A stretch of 64,000 nucleotides of DNA from the NCBI GenBank assembly GCA_048937405.1, contig JBHLNF010000003.1, positions 160,001 to 224,000 on the forward strand. Reading direction: 5' to 3'. Source of the DNA: Promethearchaeota archaeon. Lineage in GTDB: Archaea > Asgardarchaeota > Lokiarchaeia > Sigyniarchaeales > SOKP01. The notes beneath the pieces were generated by a model, which was not told where the DNA came from, ran no database searches, and saw only the letters and a list, made by a program, of their open reading frames with translations. A program made the position numbers and the translations under genes. This document shows positions 47,954 through 56,987 of the stretch, one piece after another. The first letter of the stretch is position 1; every line of letters begins with the position of its first letter.

Positions 47954-50900
47954 GTGAATCTAATGAAAATAGTAAAAAAAACTAAAAACACAATATTACT
48001 CATCATATTTATTCTTTCTATCGTATGGTGTAGCTATACATTCCCTATAAAAAGCTTTGTAGAGAAAAAAAATAAAAACAATATCCTAAATGAGAAAGAA
48101 CAAATTTCATATGATCAGAATTTTTTAGGAGATTCTGAAATAAAACTCTTAGATTGGAATGAAGACAGAATTGAATTAGAGTACATTGTACCTGAATTAA
48201 TTGTAGAAGAGATTATTGCTCCAACAAAAGATTTATATCATCAATTGAGCATATCTGGCGGTGGACATCTCGAACAGGCTGGTCACCCTAAGATTCCGTT
48301 TAGAACACTAAAAATTCTCCTTCCATATGGAAAAGAATTGGAAGATATAGAAATTGTTGGGGAGGGAAAACAGACCCTAGAAGGGACTTATAGAATAGAG
48401 CCTGGTCAAGCGCAAACGCCCCTTGGATTACAAACTGATTCTGTATTCACCTTGGATACCTCTATATATGATTCGGATAATCCATTCCCAGCAGAACTTT
48501 ATTCAGTAGTAGGAGTATACAAATTAAGAGGATATAAAATTCTTATTCTCAATCTCTATCCCGTGAGTTATATACCAAAAACAAGTAAGATCTCCTATTA
48601 TGAAGAGATGAAAGTGTTGGTAAATCTTAATGAATGTATCGAAGAAAATTCATTATTCAGAGGGAAAAAGAAGGATGAAGAACGTGTTATAGAAATAGTT
48701 GATAATCCTCAATTAATTGAAACCTATTTAGGAAGGACAGGCTCTTTAAATAGATTCGACTCTCTTTTGGCTCTTCCCCCAGGTTCATATAATTACACAA
48801 TAATTACAAATGAAGCTTTGAAAAACTCAGGTGGAACCTATACATTCCAAGATCTTGTTAATAGTAAAAATGCAAAGGGTATCCAAACGAATATTGTTAC
48901 AGTGGAATATATTTATAATAATTATCCTGGAGATGATAATCAGGAAAAAATACGAAATTTCATTATCGATGCATATTCTACATGGGGTATAGAATACGTC
49001 TTACTTGGGGGCGATGGTGACGGAGAAAATGTAGGTGGAGAAAGTGAGGATCCGATAATTCCTTCAAGAGGTTTCTATGTTTCCTGGTATAACGAGTACA
49101 ATATACCTTCAGATTTATACTATGCAGGATTAGACGGGACTTGGGATGATGACGGAGATGGCCTCTGGGGTGAACCTGGAGAAGATGATCTGTACGCAGA
49201 AGTCTACGTTGGAAGGGCTCCAGTTGATTCAGAAGCAGAACTCTCAAATTTTGTGATGAAAACACTCCTCCATGAAGCTGCTGGTGATTCATATTTATTT
49301 GAAACTCTGATGGTCGGAGAATTTCTAGGTTGGACAAGGACAGGTGGGGATTATAAAGATGAAATAAGATATGGCTCTGATATGCATGGCTATACCACGG
49401 TTGGAATTCCGGCGGAAATATACAATGTTGAGACATTATATGATCGTGATGTGCCGTGGGATAAATCTCAACTTATAGCATTAATGAATGATGGTGTACA
49501 TATAATAAATCATTTAGGGCATGCGAATGTTGAATATAACATGAGACTTATTAATGATGATGTTGATTCTCTTCTTACTAATGAAAAATATTTCTTTGCA
49601 TATAGCCAAGGATGCTATTCTGGGGCGTTTGACAACAGAAACACTGCTTTAGGATATGGAAAGAATGATTGTATTGTAGAGCATTTTGTTACTACTCAAC
49701 ATGGAGCTTTTGCTTTTATAGGTAACAGCAGGTACGGATGGGGTAATACACTCACTACCGATGGAGCATCACAGCATTATGACCGAGAGTTCTATGATGC
49801 TATTTATAGGGAGGATATAATTGAAATTGGAAGGGCAAATCAGGATTCTAAGGAGGATAACATAGCATTTCTTAATCCAGGCAACCCAATGAGATATTGT
49901 TATTATGAATTAAATTTATTTGGCGATCCGATGGCTACAATCACTATAACTCTCCCTCATGATTTACGTGTTTCTTTGGAAGTACCAGAAAATCCTGAAA
50001 TTGAAAGCACTTATGTCATTAATGCAACAGTCACCAACAAAGGTGAGAATGATGAAAATAGCGTAGATTTTGTCTTATATCTTGATGACATTGATGTTGC
50101 TTCCACCACAATTCCCACTCTTCAAGTGGATGAGAGTGTAACTCTTAATTTTGATTGGACACCTATTGGATATGATACTTATAACTTTACTGCTTATGCT
50201 ATGCCAGTTACCAATGAAACTTGCGTGAAAAACAATATTAAAACTCAATTAGTAAGTAATATAATTAATTATAAGACCTTATGGTTTGATGATTTTGAGA
50301 GTGGTTTATCAAAGTGGGAGTCAATTACAGGATTGTGGCATTTAACCAATGATTCTGTCTCATGGCCACCTCCATGGGACCCATATAATTCTCCTATACA
50401 TTCAATGTGGTTTGGAAATGCATCAACTGGAGATATCAGAAATTCTTCTTCATTATCTTTGCTAGCGTATAGTACAGGTCATTTTATCTCCATACCTATA
50501 GATTTATCAAGTGAGGAAAATGCATATTTAGAATTCTATCATTGGAGAAACCATCTCCAACCTCTACGTATACAGCATTTATCATATGTTTATATATCAA
50601 CTGATAACATTAATTGGAATCCCATATACGTCAATAATGATTGGATTCCAACATGGGAAAAGGTGAATCTTGATATCTCAAGTTATTGTGGAAGTAGCTC
50701 GGTACGAATAAAATTTGATTTTTTCGCTCGGTCACGTTTGGAAGGTATGAGAGGATGGTTTGTGGATGACATCAAAATAACTATACCATTACCGAATTAT
50801 AACAAACCAAGCTTATCAAGTGGTTCTGTTTCACCTTCTACTGGTAATCAAACAAAGCAATTCAATTTCAGTGTGAATTATGTAGATCAAGATAATCATG

Positions 50901-52270
50901 CTCCTCTCTATATCAACACAGTGATTAATGGAATTTCTTACCAAATGGAAAAACAAGATCTTTCTGACAATGATTATACCGATGGATGTATATATCAATC
51001 TTTAACCTATTTACAACCAGGTGATTATAATTATTTTTTTGAATGTTACGACGGATTTTCCTGTTTTACTGATGTACAATGGTTAAGCGTAGCTGAAAAA
51101 AATAATGAGAACTCCCCTATTTTGACCAATGGTCAAATTGATCCCATTAGTGGCTTTACAGCAACGCCATTCACATTTTCAGTTACCTATTCTGATAGTG
51201 ATAATAATGCACCAGAATATATGATGGTAACGATAAATACAATGAGCTATTCAATGATAAAGCAAGATCCAATGGATAATAACTACATGGATGGTTGTAT
51301 ATACATATATACCTGTAAATTAGAAGAGGGCATTTGTACATATTCTTTCACCTGTACTGATGGTGTTAATATTGTTGATCTTGGACCATATTTAGGACCA
51401 GTTGTAGAACGAGGCCAATTGTTTGATGGCATGTTTATAAAATATGATTCTGATATAGTGGGAAAGAAACCTGGTTATTCGAAGTTCTCATATTCTTATT
51501 ATTCAGCTCAAACTTTTAATGTATCGTGGGAGAGGATGCGTGGTGTTGGTTCATGGAATGTTAATACAACAACAAGGATTATGTCAAATCCTCGGGCACC
51601 TACTTTTGGTAATGGTTATCATACACCTGTTTGGATCTTCACGGATGTTTCACTTGGAGATAATATATCAATTGCTGTGACTTTTGATGGTGACCATGAT
51701 TTCACTATTTCAGGGGAATTGATTTATTATATTCCCGGTTTTGGAGCTGTAGAAGTATGGGTATTAGAAGATTTGACTACCCCTGGTGGTATTGCATGGT
51801 ATGAAAAAAGTACTGGAATTCTTCTAAATGGCACCTTTTTGAAATCAGATGGTAGTATTTATACATTTGAATTTGTAGATACAAATGTTATATTTACATA
51901 TCTGGAATTTCCACCATTGAATCCATCAATAACAATAAATAATGGAGATGTAATTACTAATAATACCCTCGTGACTCTCACACTTTCAGCTGAAGGAGCA
52001 ACAGAAATGTGTTTCAGAAATGGAAAAACTGGTGATTGGACAGAGTGGGAGCCTTACAGTACAACAAAGCAGTTTTATTTAGAAGGACATGAACATTACA
52101 CCGTTTATTCAATCTATGTGAAGTTTCGAAATGGAACAGGAGAGACGATCGCAATTGGTGATAATATTTTATATTTAGAGGACATGTCTGTGCTTCCTGA
52201 AAATCCTATTGAATTATATATGTTCCTTTTTATATGGCGTATTATACTATTATATCTATTGAACAATTAG
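47954..52270 (+). CDS. Large secreted gingipain-like C25 cysteine peptidase with propeptide, CARDB/Ig-like and other C-terminal modules
   Basis: Propeptide (GHPKIPF, LYPVSY.P), YVLLGGD, SDLYYA.LDG, VGRAP, catalytic His (NHLGHAN) and Cys (SQGCYSG), NLFGDP; hydrophobic C-terminal tail. Confidence 0.85.
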   Translation: MNLMKIVKKTKNTILLIIFILSIVWCSYTFPIKSFVEKKNKNNILNEKEQISYDQNFLGDSEIKLLDWNEDRIELEYIVPELIVEEIIAPTKDLYHQLSISGGGHLEQAGHPKIPFRTLKILLPYGKELEDIEIVGEGKQTLEGTYRIEPGQAQTPLGLQTDSVFTLDTSIYDSDNPFPAELYSVVGVYKLRGYKILILNLYPVSYIPKTSKISYYEEMKVLVNLNECIEENSLFRGKKKDEERVIEIVDNPQLIETYLGRTGSLNRFDSLLALPPGSYNYTIITNEALKNSGGTYTFQDLVNSKNAKGIQTNIVTVEYIYNNYPGDDNQEKIRNFIIDAYSTWGIEYVLLGGDGDGENVGGESEDPIIPSRGFYVSWYNEYNIPSDLYYAGLDGTWDDDGDGLWGEPGEDDLYAEVYVGRAPVDSEAELSNFVMKTLLHEAAGDSYLFETLMVGEFLGWTRTGGDYKDEIRYGSDMHGYTTVGIPAEIYNVETLYDRDVPWDKSQLIALMNDGVHIINHLGHANVEYNMRLINDDVDSLLTNEKYFFAYSQGCYSGAFDNRNTALGYGKNDCIVEHFVTTQHGAFAFIGNSRYGWGNTLTTDGASQHYDREFYDAIYREDIIEIGRANQDSKEDNIAFLNPGNPMRYCYYELNLFGDPMATITITLPHDLRVSLEVPENPEIESTYVINATVTNKGENDENSVDFVLYLDDIDVASTTIPTLQVDESVTLNFDWTPIGYDTYNFTAYAMPVTNETCVKNNIKTQLVSNIINYKTLWFDDFESGLSKWESITGLWHLTNDSVSWPPPWDPYNSPIHSMWFGNASTGDIRNSSSLSLLAYSTGHFISIPIDLSSEENAYLEFYHWRNHLQPLRIQHLSYVYISTDNINWNPIYVNNDWIPTWEKVNLDISSYCGSSSVRIKFDFFARSRLEGMRGWFVDDIKITIPLPNYNKPSLSSGSVSPSTGNQTKQFNFSVNYVDQDNHAPLYINTVINGISYQMEKQDLSDNDYTDGCIYQSLTYLQPGDYNYFFECYDGFSCFTDVQWLSVAEKNNENSPILTNGQIDPISGFTATPFTFSVTYSDSDNNAPEYMMVTINTMSYSMIKQDPMDNNYMDGCIYIYTCKLEEGICTYSFTCTDGVNIVDLGPYLGPVVERGQLFDGMFIKYDSDIVGKKPGYSKFSYSYYSAQTFNVSWERMRGVGSWNVNTTTRIMSNPRAPTFGNGYHTPVWIFTDVSLGDNISIAVTFDGDHDFTISGELIYYIPGFGAVEVWVLEDLTTPGGIAWYEKSTGILLNGTFLKSDGSIYTFEFVDTNVIFTYLEFPPLNPSITINNGDVITNNTLVTLTLSAEGATEMCFRNGKTGDWTEWEPYSTTKQFYLEGHEHYTVYSIYVKFRNGTGETIAIGDNILYLEDMSVLPENPIELYMFLFIWRIILLYLLNN

Positions 52271-52315
52271 GAAAGATTAGAATCTAATTAGTGATTTTTT
52301 TTTTATAAAATAATA

Positions 52316-52810
52316 TTACAAAATTTTTTGGTAAAATACTACATCAATTAATCTTCCAAACTTCATTCCAATTTCTTTTAAATGGGCACACTTTTCAAAA
52401 TTATTTTTTTCAAAAAATTTAATACTCCCTTTATTTTCTTCACTTATTACAGCTATTAAAACATGGAAGTTCTGTTTTTTTGCAAATTCTTCTGCGTATT
52501 TTAAGGATAACGTACCAATTCCTCTACCAATATAATTTTTATCTAAATATATTGAAATCTCTGCTGTACCATCATAAGCTCCACGATTTTTATATTGTCC
52601 AATTGAAACATATCCACAAATGTTATCATTATCTTGAATTATAAAAGATTTATAACACGGTTTTTTAAATAAAAAACTCTCTTTCATTTCATTTATTTTA
52701 AGAGGTTCTATTTGAAATGTTGCAGTAGTATTTAAAACATAGTGATTATAAATTTTTAAAACATAAGGCAAATCTTCTTCTTTAAGTTCTATAAAATTAT
52801 AATTATGCAT
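52316..52810 (-). CDS. GNAT acetyltransferase (phosphinothricin acetyltransferase/YncA-like)
   Basis: IYNHYVLNTTATF, EISIYL...GRGIG, N..SIKFFEK..F, GMKFGRLIDV. Confidence 0.88.
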   Translation of the reverse strand: MHNYNFIELKEEDLPYVLKIYNHYVLNTTATFQIEPLKINEMKESFLFKKPCYKSFIIQDNDNICGYVSIGQYKNRGAYDGTAEISIYLDKNYIGRGIGTLSLKYAEEFAKKQNFHVLIAVISEENKGSIKFFEKNNFEKCAHLKEIGMKFGRLIDVVFYQKIL

Positions 52811-52855
52811 TGATCTAGAATTGGTCTAATGTATCAATTAAATTATCTTAAGGAT

Positions 52856-53719
52856 TTAAGAATATTTTTTTTCTATTTTTATTAATAACTTCCCCGCTGC
52901 TTTAAGACTTGTTAGTTGTAACCATCCTAACAACCACCACCATCTTGGAACAAAAATTTCTCTTTTGTATTTACGTGAAGCTTTCAAAACTGCTTTTGCT
53001 ACTTCTTTCACTTCTACATATTTATATAAAATTCCATGTTTTTGGTATTTTTCAATCCAATCTTTCATTTTTGAAGTAGATTCCCAAAATTTTGTCTTTG
53101 TTGGAGCTGGACAAATAGTAATCACTTGAATATTGTGGTTCAGCATTTTATATTCTAATCGAATAGAATTTGCTAAACCAACAATTGCATATTTACTCAT
53201 TGAGTAGGCTGCCATATTTGGAATACCTGTTTTCCCCGCAGAACTTGAAGAGAAGATAAGTTGTCCTTCTTTACAATCTGGATACTTTTTTGTAGGAGTA
53301 GGACGTCCTATATATGGTAACGCTGCTTGAAGTACTAACCACATCCCATCAACATTTATAGACATAACTTTTCGATATTCTTCAAAGGTTCCTCCATTAG
53401 TAATTGAACAAGTGGTTCCTATACCTGCATTGTTATACAAAATATCAATATAATGCTCTTTTTCTCCAATATCTTTTATTACAGTTTCAATTTGTTCTCG
53501 ATTTGTAAGATCAAATTCATAAGTTTCAACAAATTCTGCTCCTAAATTTAGTAATTCTTCTTTTAATTCATTCAAGGGAGAATTAGGAAGGTCCAACAAG
53601 AATATTCGCATTCCTAAAGGTGCAAACTGACGACAAACCTCTCTTCCGATATCACCAGTTGCTCCTGTTATTATAAATACTTTACTTTTATACCATTTCT
53701 TTTTCATTATAAAAACCAA
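52856..53719 (-). CDS. Short-chain dehydrogenase/reductase
   Basis: TGATGDIG, NNAGIG, SSSAG, YSMSK. Confidence 0.9.
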   Translation of the reverse strand: MVFIMKKKWYKSKVFIITGATGDIGREVCRQFAPLGMRIFLLDLPNSPLNELKEELLNLGAEFVETYEFDLTNREQIETVIKDIGEKEHYIDILYNNAGIGTTCSITNGGTFEEYRKVMSINVDGMWLVLQAALPYIGRPTPTKKYPDCKEGQLIFSSSSAGKTGIPNMAAYSMSKYAIVGLANSIRLEYKMLNHNIQVITICPAPTKTKFWESTSKMKDWIEKYQKHGILYKYVEVKEVAKAVLKASRKYKREIFVPRWWWLLGWLQLTSLKAAGKLLIKIEKKYS

Positions 53720-53747
53720 ATAACTATTTTAGAGAATAAAATCCATT

Positions 53748-54467
53748 TTACGTAAAAATATTAGCTAAATAATTACCATTCTCTTCTTTATAGAGAATTT
53801 TGCATAATAATCCTACTTTTTGAGCACATTCTTTAAGAGTGTCAGGATCTATGTATAAAAGTTGAAATTTTTCTCCTAATTTACCTTTGTATTTTATTTG
53901 GCAACCTATTTCACCAATATATCGTCCAAATTTACGATTTCTTTCGTGATAATCAAGATGAATCTTTTCTTTAGTTGCACGAATATCAATAGAATCGAAT
54001 AATATAATCCCGCTAGGATTTAGGAGAGTTTTACAATAATTCAAAAATTTTTTCATTCCATTTAGGTTCTCGACGAATCCTATTGAACGCCCTAAAAGAA
54101 GTATTGTATCAAAAGAATCCAGGTCCAAATCATAAATGTTAGAACAATGCACATGTTTAACTCCTTGTTGTTTCATAATTTCACAAGCCTGAGGTGAAAT
54201 ATCTAGTGCATGAACCTCCAGACCTATTTTCTGAAGTTCAAGACTATGCGGTCCCACTCCAGCTCCAATATCTAATATTTTACCCTTACATAATTCTAAT
54301 GCTTGTTTTTCCAAATTTGAAAAATAATTAGATGTCCTAAAAAAAGTACGTATAAGAAGCTCACTTTTTAATCCATCATCTCGATAAAAAATTACTTTTG
54401 CTCTTTTTTTACCACTATAAAAATCTTTAAGTGCTAAACCAAGAGGTTCCATTGCTTTTAGCATCAT
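53748..54467 (-). CDS. Class I SAM-dependent methyltransferase
   Basis: ILDIGAGVGPHSL, LDISP, FDTILLLG. Confidence 0.85.
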   Translation of the reverse strand: MMLKAMEPLGLALKDFYSGKKRAKVIFYRDDGLKSELLIRTFFRTSNYFSNLEKQALELCKGKILDIGAGVGPHSLELQKIGLEVHALDISPQACEIMKQQGVKHVHCSNIYDLDLDSFDTILLLGRSIGFVENLNGMKKFLNYCKTLLNPSGIILFDSIDIRATKEKIHLDYHERNRKFGRYIGEIGCQIKYKGKLGEKFQLLYIDPDTLKECAQKVGLLCKILYKEENGNYLANIFT

Positions 54468-54487
54468 TTTTAGTTTTATCTAGAATT

Positions 54488-54871
54488 TTATACCCCCTTT
54501 TTTACTACACCATTAAAGGAAGAAAATTGATTGAAAAGTGCTTTCGTATTTCCTTCAATTTTAGCAAAAATATTGACGGGACTAGCAGCAACTGGCTTAT
54601 CACTTGAACTTGCAGGAGTAGGACCCCAAAAAATACAGAATCCTTTACCACTTATCCAATATCCAACATCTCCTACATCACACTCAATCTGAGAGTTTTC
54701 TTCAGGTATTTCTACAGGACAATTACCATATAGCTCTTCACCCCATCTGGATAAATTTACTTCAAATGGTAGAGCATCCCAAATCGCTTGGCAAGTCTTA
54801 GGATTTTTATGCAGCAGCAATTTTGCTTTAATTTTTCCTATTTTCTTATTTTCAATGAAGATAAATTCCAT
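54488..54871 (-). CDS. Cyclophilin-like fold protein (TM1367/DUF369-like)
   Basis: PKTCQAIWDALP, RWGEELY, GDVGYW..G..FCIFWGPTP, ASPVN. Confidence 0.8.
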   Translation of the reverse strand: MEFIFIENKKIGKIKAKLLLHKNPKTCQAIWDALPFEVNLSRWGEELYGNCPVEIPEENSQIECDVGDVGYWISGKGFCIFWGPTPASSSDKPVAASPVNIFAKIEGNTKALFNQFSSFNGVVKKGV

Positions 54872-54984
54872 ATCTATTCAATCAAATTTGATATTAAAAA
54901 TGTTTAAGATTTCTTATTATTTAAAGAAATATCCTTAAATAATTTTAGAAAGTAATAATTTGGAAAAAAAAGGAGAAAAAAATC

Positions 54985-55384
54985 CTAATAAAGATGATTA
55001 ACTTCAATAGGCTTATACTTCCTGTTCAAATAAATAAAAAAGATTATCCAGAGGATTAGTATTAAAAAATAAGCATATCGAAAGCAAAAGAATATTCCCC
55101 ATGTTATTATCAATGGAATTATAAATCTAACTTTTAAATTGTTACTTTTATCATTTCTAAGCGAGAGATTTTTATAATCAAAGAATATTGACATAAAAGG
55201 AGCTAATAAGATCCAGTAAAATTCCATCATAAGTTTCTAATTCATCAATGGAAGAATTCCCGTTAACTACTGATGTTATCATTTCAGAAGGGTAGGAAAA
55301 ATGAATAATAAATCCTATAATTGCAGTGATAATTCCTGCTGTTAACAATATTTTATTTTTTTTCTCAATATTAATATGAAGCAT
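54985..55384 (-). pseudogene. Small membrane protein probably split by a frameshift (ORFs 55178..55384 and 54985..55230)
   Basis: Two same-strand ORFs overlap by 53 bp; each carries TM-like segments and only the pair looks like a complete protein. Confidence 0.4.
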
Positions 55385-55466
55385 ATATCAAAACAAATAT
55401 AAATCTCTTAAAAAATCCTCATGAAGGAAAGTGAAAAATAAAAATTTTGAGTTTTTTTGGATTAAT

Positions 55467-56501
55467 CTATTGAGTAGTAACTCTAACTAAAAACAATGAT
55501 GGATCTTTTAGAATATAAAGAGTCTTGTTGGACAGTTTTTTTCTTGATAAAATATCAAGATCTTCTAATTTTTGAATGTATTTTGTAACAGTATTTGGAT
55601 GCATCTTTAAATCTTTTGAGATTCTATACTTTGAAGAGCCATTAGGTTTTTTTTTTAGATAGTAAATTATCTTTAGGGTTCTCTCCCTACCCATAAAATG
55701 TAAGAATCTTGCTTTTTTTTCTGAATACCTTGAATCATAATAGAGCTCTCTATTCTCCATCTTTGTTTTTTTGATATAATCAAATTTCAAAAGCATATTT
55801 AAATGCCATTTTACTAAAAATATTGACATTCCTAATAGACTAATAATCTTCATAAAATGAATTCCAGGTTTATTTAAAATTAAATTGTATATCATAAACC
55901 GATTTGGATTTTTAAGAATTTCATCTCGAATAAACTTAGAACCATCCACTAACATATTTTTTTTTATTAAGTTAGCAATGGTTATTTCAATTCCATTCTT
56001 ATTTAAAGATAATTCACTTTTGGATAATCTGGCACTTAAATGTGGAATAATCTTGTCTATTTCAAAATATCGATTCTTGGCAAGATATTCTTGAACTAAG
56101 TTTAATATATGAATTTCTTGCTCTGAAAGGTTATTATTTAATCCATAATTGGATTCTTCTTCTCTAACATCAGACCTACTTGATTTGTTATATTTCTTGA
56201 TGACAATTGCAATATTTATAATTAAGAAGATACCAGTAAAAGTTATTCCTCTTCTAAGTGAATTATCAATTGATAATTCCGAAGTTGTGATACCTAAAAA
56301 TAGGTAAGACTTAAATCTATATTTAAAAAAGTCGTCTTGCTCATTAAAGAGTAAATTTTGATTCGAAGCTTCTTTTAAGATAATATCTTCATCAGAATTT
56401 GTATAATTCTGAGAGATCAAAAAGCTTGTACCTGAAATGAAGAAAATAATAACTAATAAGAATTTTAAACTAAAACCTTTCCTCAATTTAAAGTATTTCA
56501 T
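55467..56501 (-). CDS. Membrane-anchored winged-helix transcriptional regulator (two TM segments, tandem wHTH)
   Basis: Hydrophobic segments at about aa 12-30 and 86-102; NRFMIYNLILNKPGIHF...VKWHLNML and SKYRISKDLKMHPNTVTKYIQKLE. Confidence 0.75.
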   Translation of the reverse strand: MKYFKLRKGFSLKFLLVIIFFISGTSFLISQNYTNSDEDIILKEASNQNLLFNEQDDFFKYRFKSYLFLGITTSELSIDNSLRRGITFTGIFLIINIAIVIKKYNKSSRSDVREEESNYGLNNNLSEQEIHILNLVQEYLAKNRYFEIDKIIPHLSARLSKSELSLNKNGIEITIANLIKKNMLVDGSKFIRDEILKNPNRFMIYNLILNKPGIHFMKIISLLGMSIFLVKWHLNMLLKFDYIKKTKMENRELYYDSRYSEKKARFLHFMGRERTLKIIYYLKKKPNGSSKYRISKDLKMHPNTVTKYIQKLEDLDILSRKKLSNKTLYILKDPSLFLVRVTTQ

Positions 56502-56987
56502 TTATAAAAACTATAAATTTTTTTACCAATTAAAACTAACTATTGAGAGAAAATAACAACCAATACTTAATAAAAAGAAGTATCCAAATTTCTTTAAATA
56601 ACCACCATGTAGTAAAGTGATCAGTTAAAGGTTTCATAATAAATTCTGATTCCATAAATATAATATAATAATAGATGAAATTTAGATGATAATACGAAAT
56701 AATCCGAAGATTATCCAAAAAATACCAGTAAATCTAATATATTTATTGATTTCTATAGATAATAAATTCTTTTTATTTAAAAAGATGATAGTTTTGCTAC
56801 TTTTACCTATATAACTAAAATAGTATCAATAGAGAATTAAATAACATTTTTAAGAGATTCAGTAAATATATAAACTGTATATTAATCAATGAATTTTTGC
56901 ATTAATTTTTTTATAAAATTTAGGTTATATATGTTATATCTCTTTTCCCATTCAAAAAATAGAAATTAAAAAAATTAGGTATAAATA

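Noticed and set aside
56536-56718. 60-aa hydrophobic ORF upstream of the membrane wHTH gene
   Set aside because: Low-complexity AT-rich sequence with a TTG start and no motif; cannot be supported as a gene
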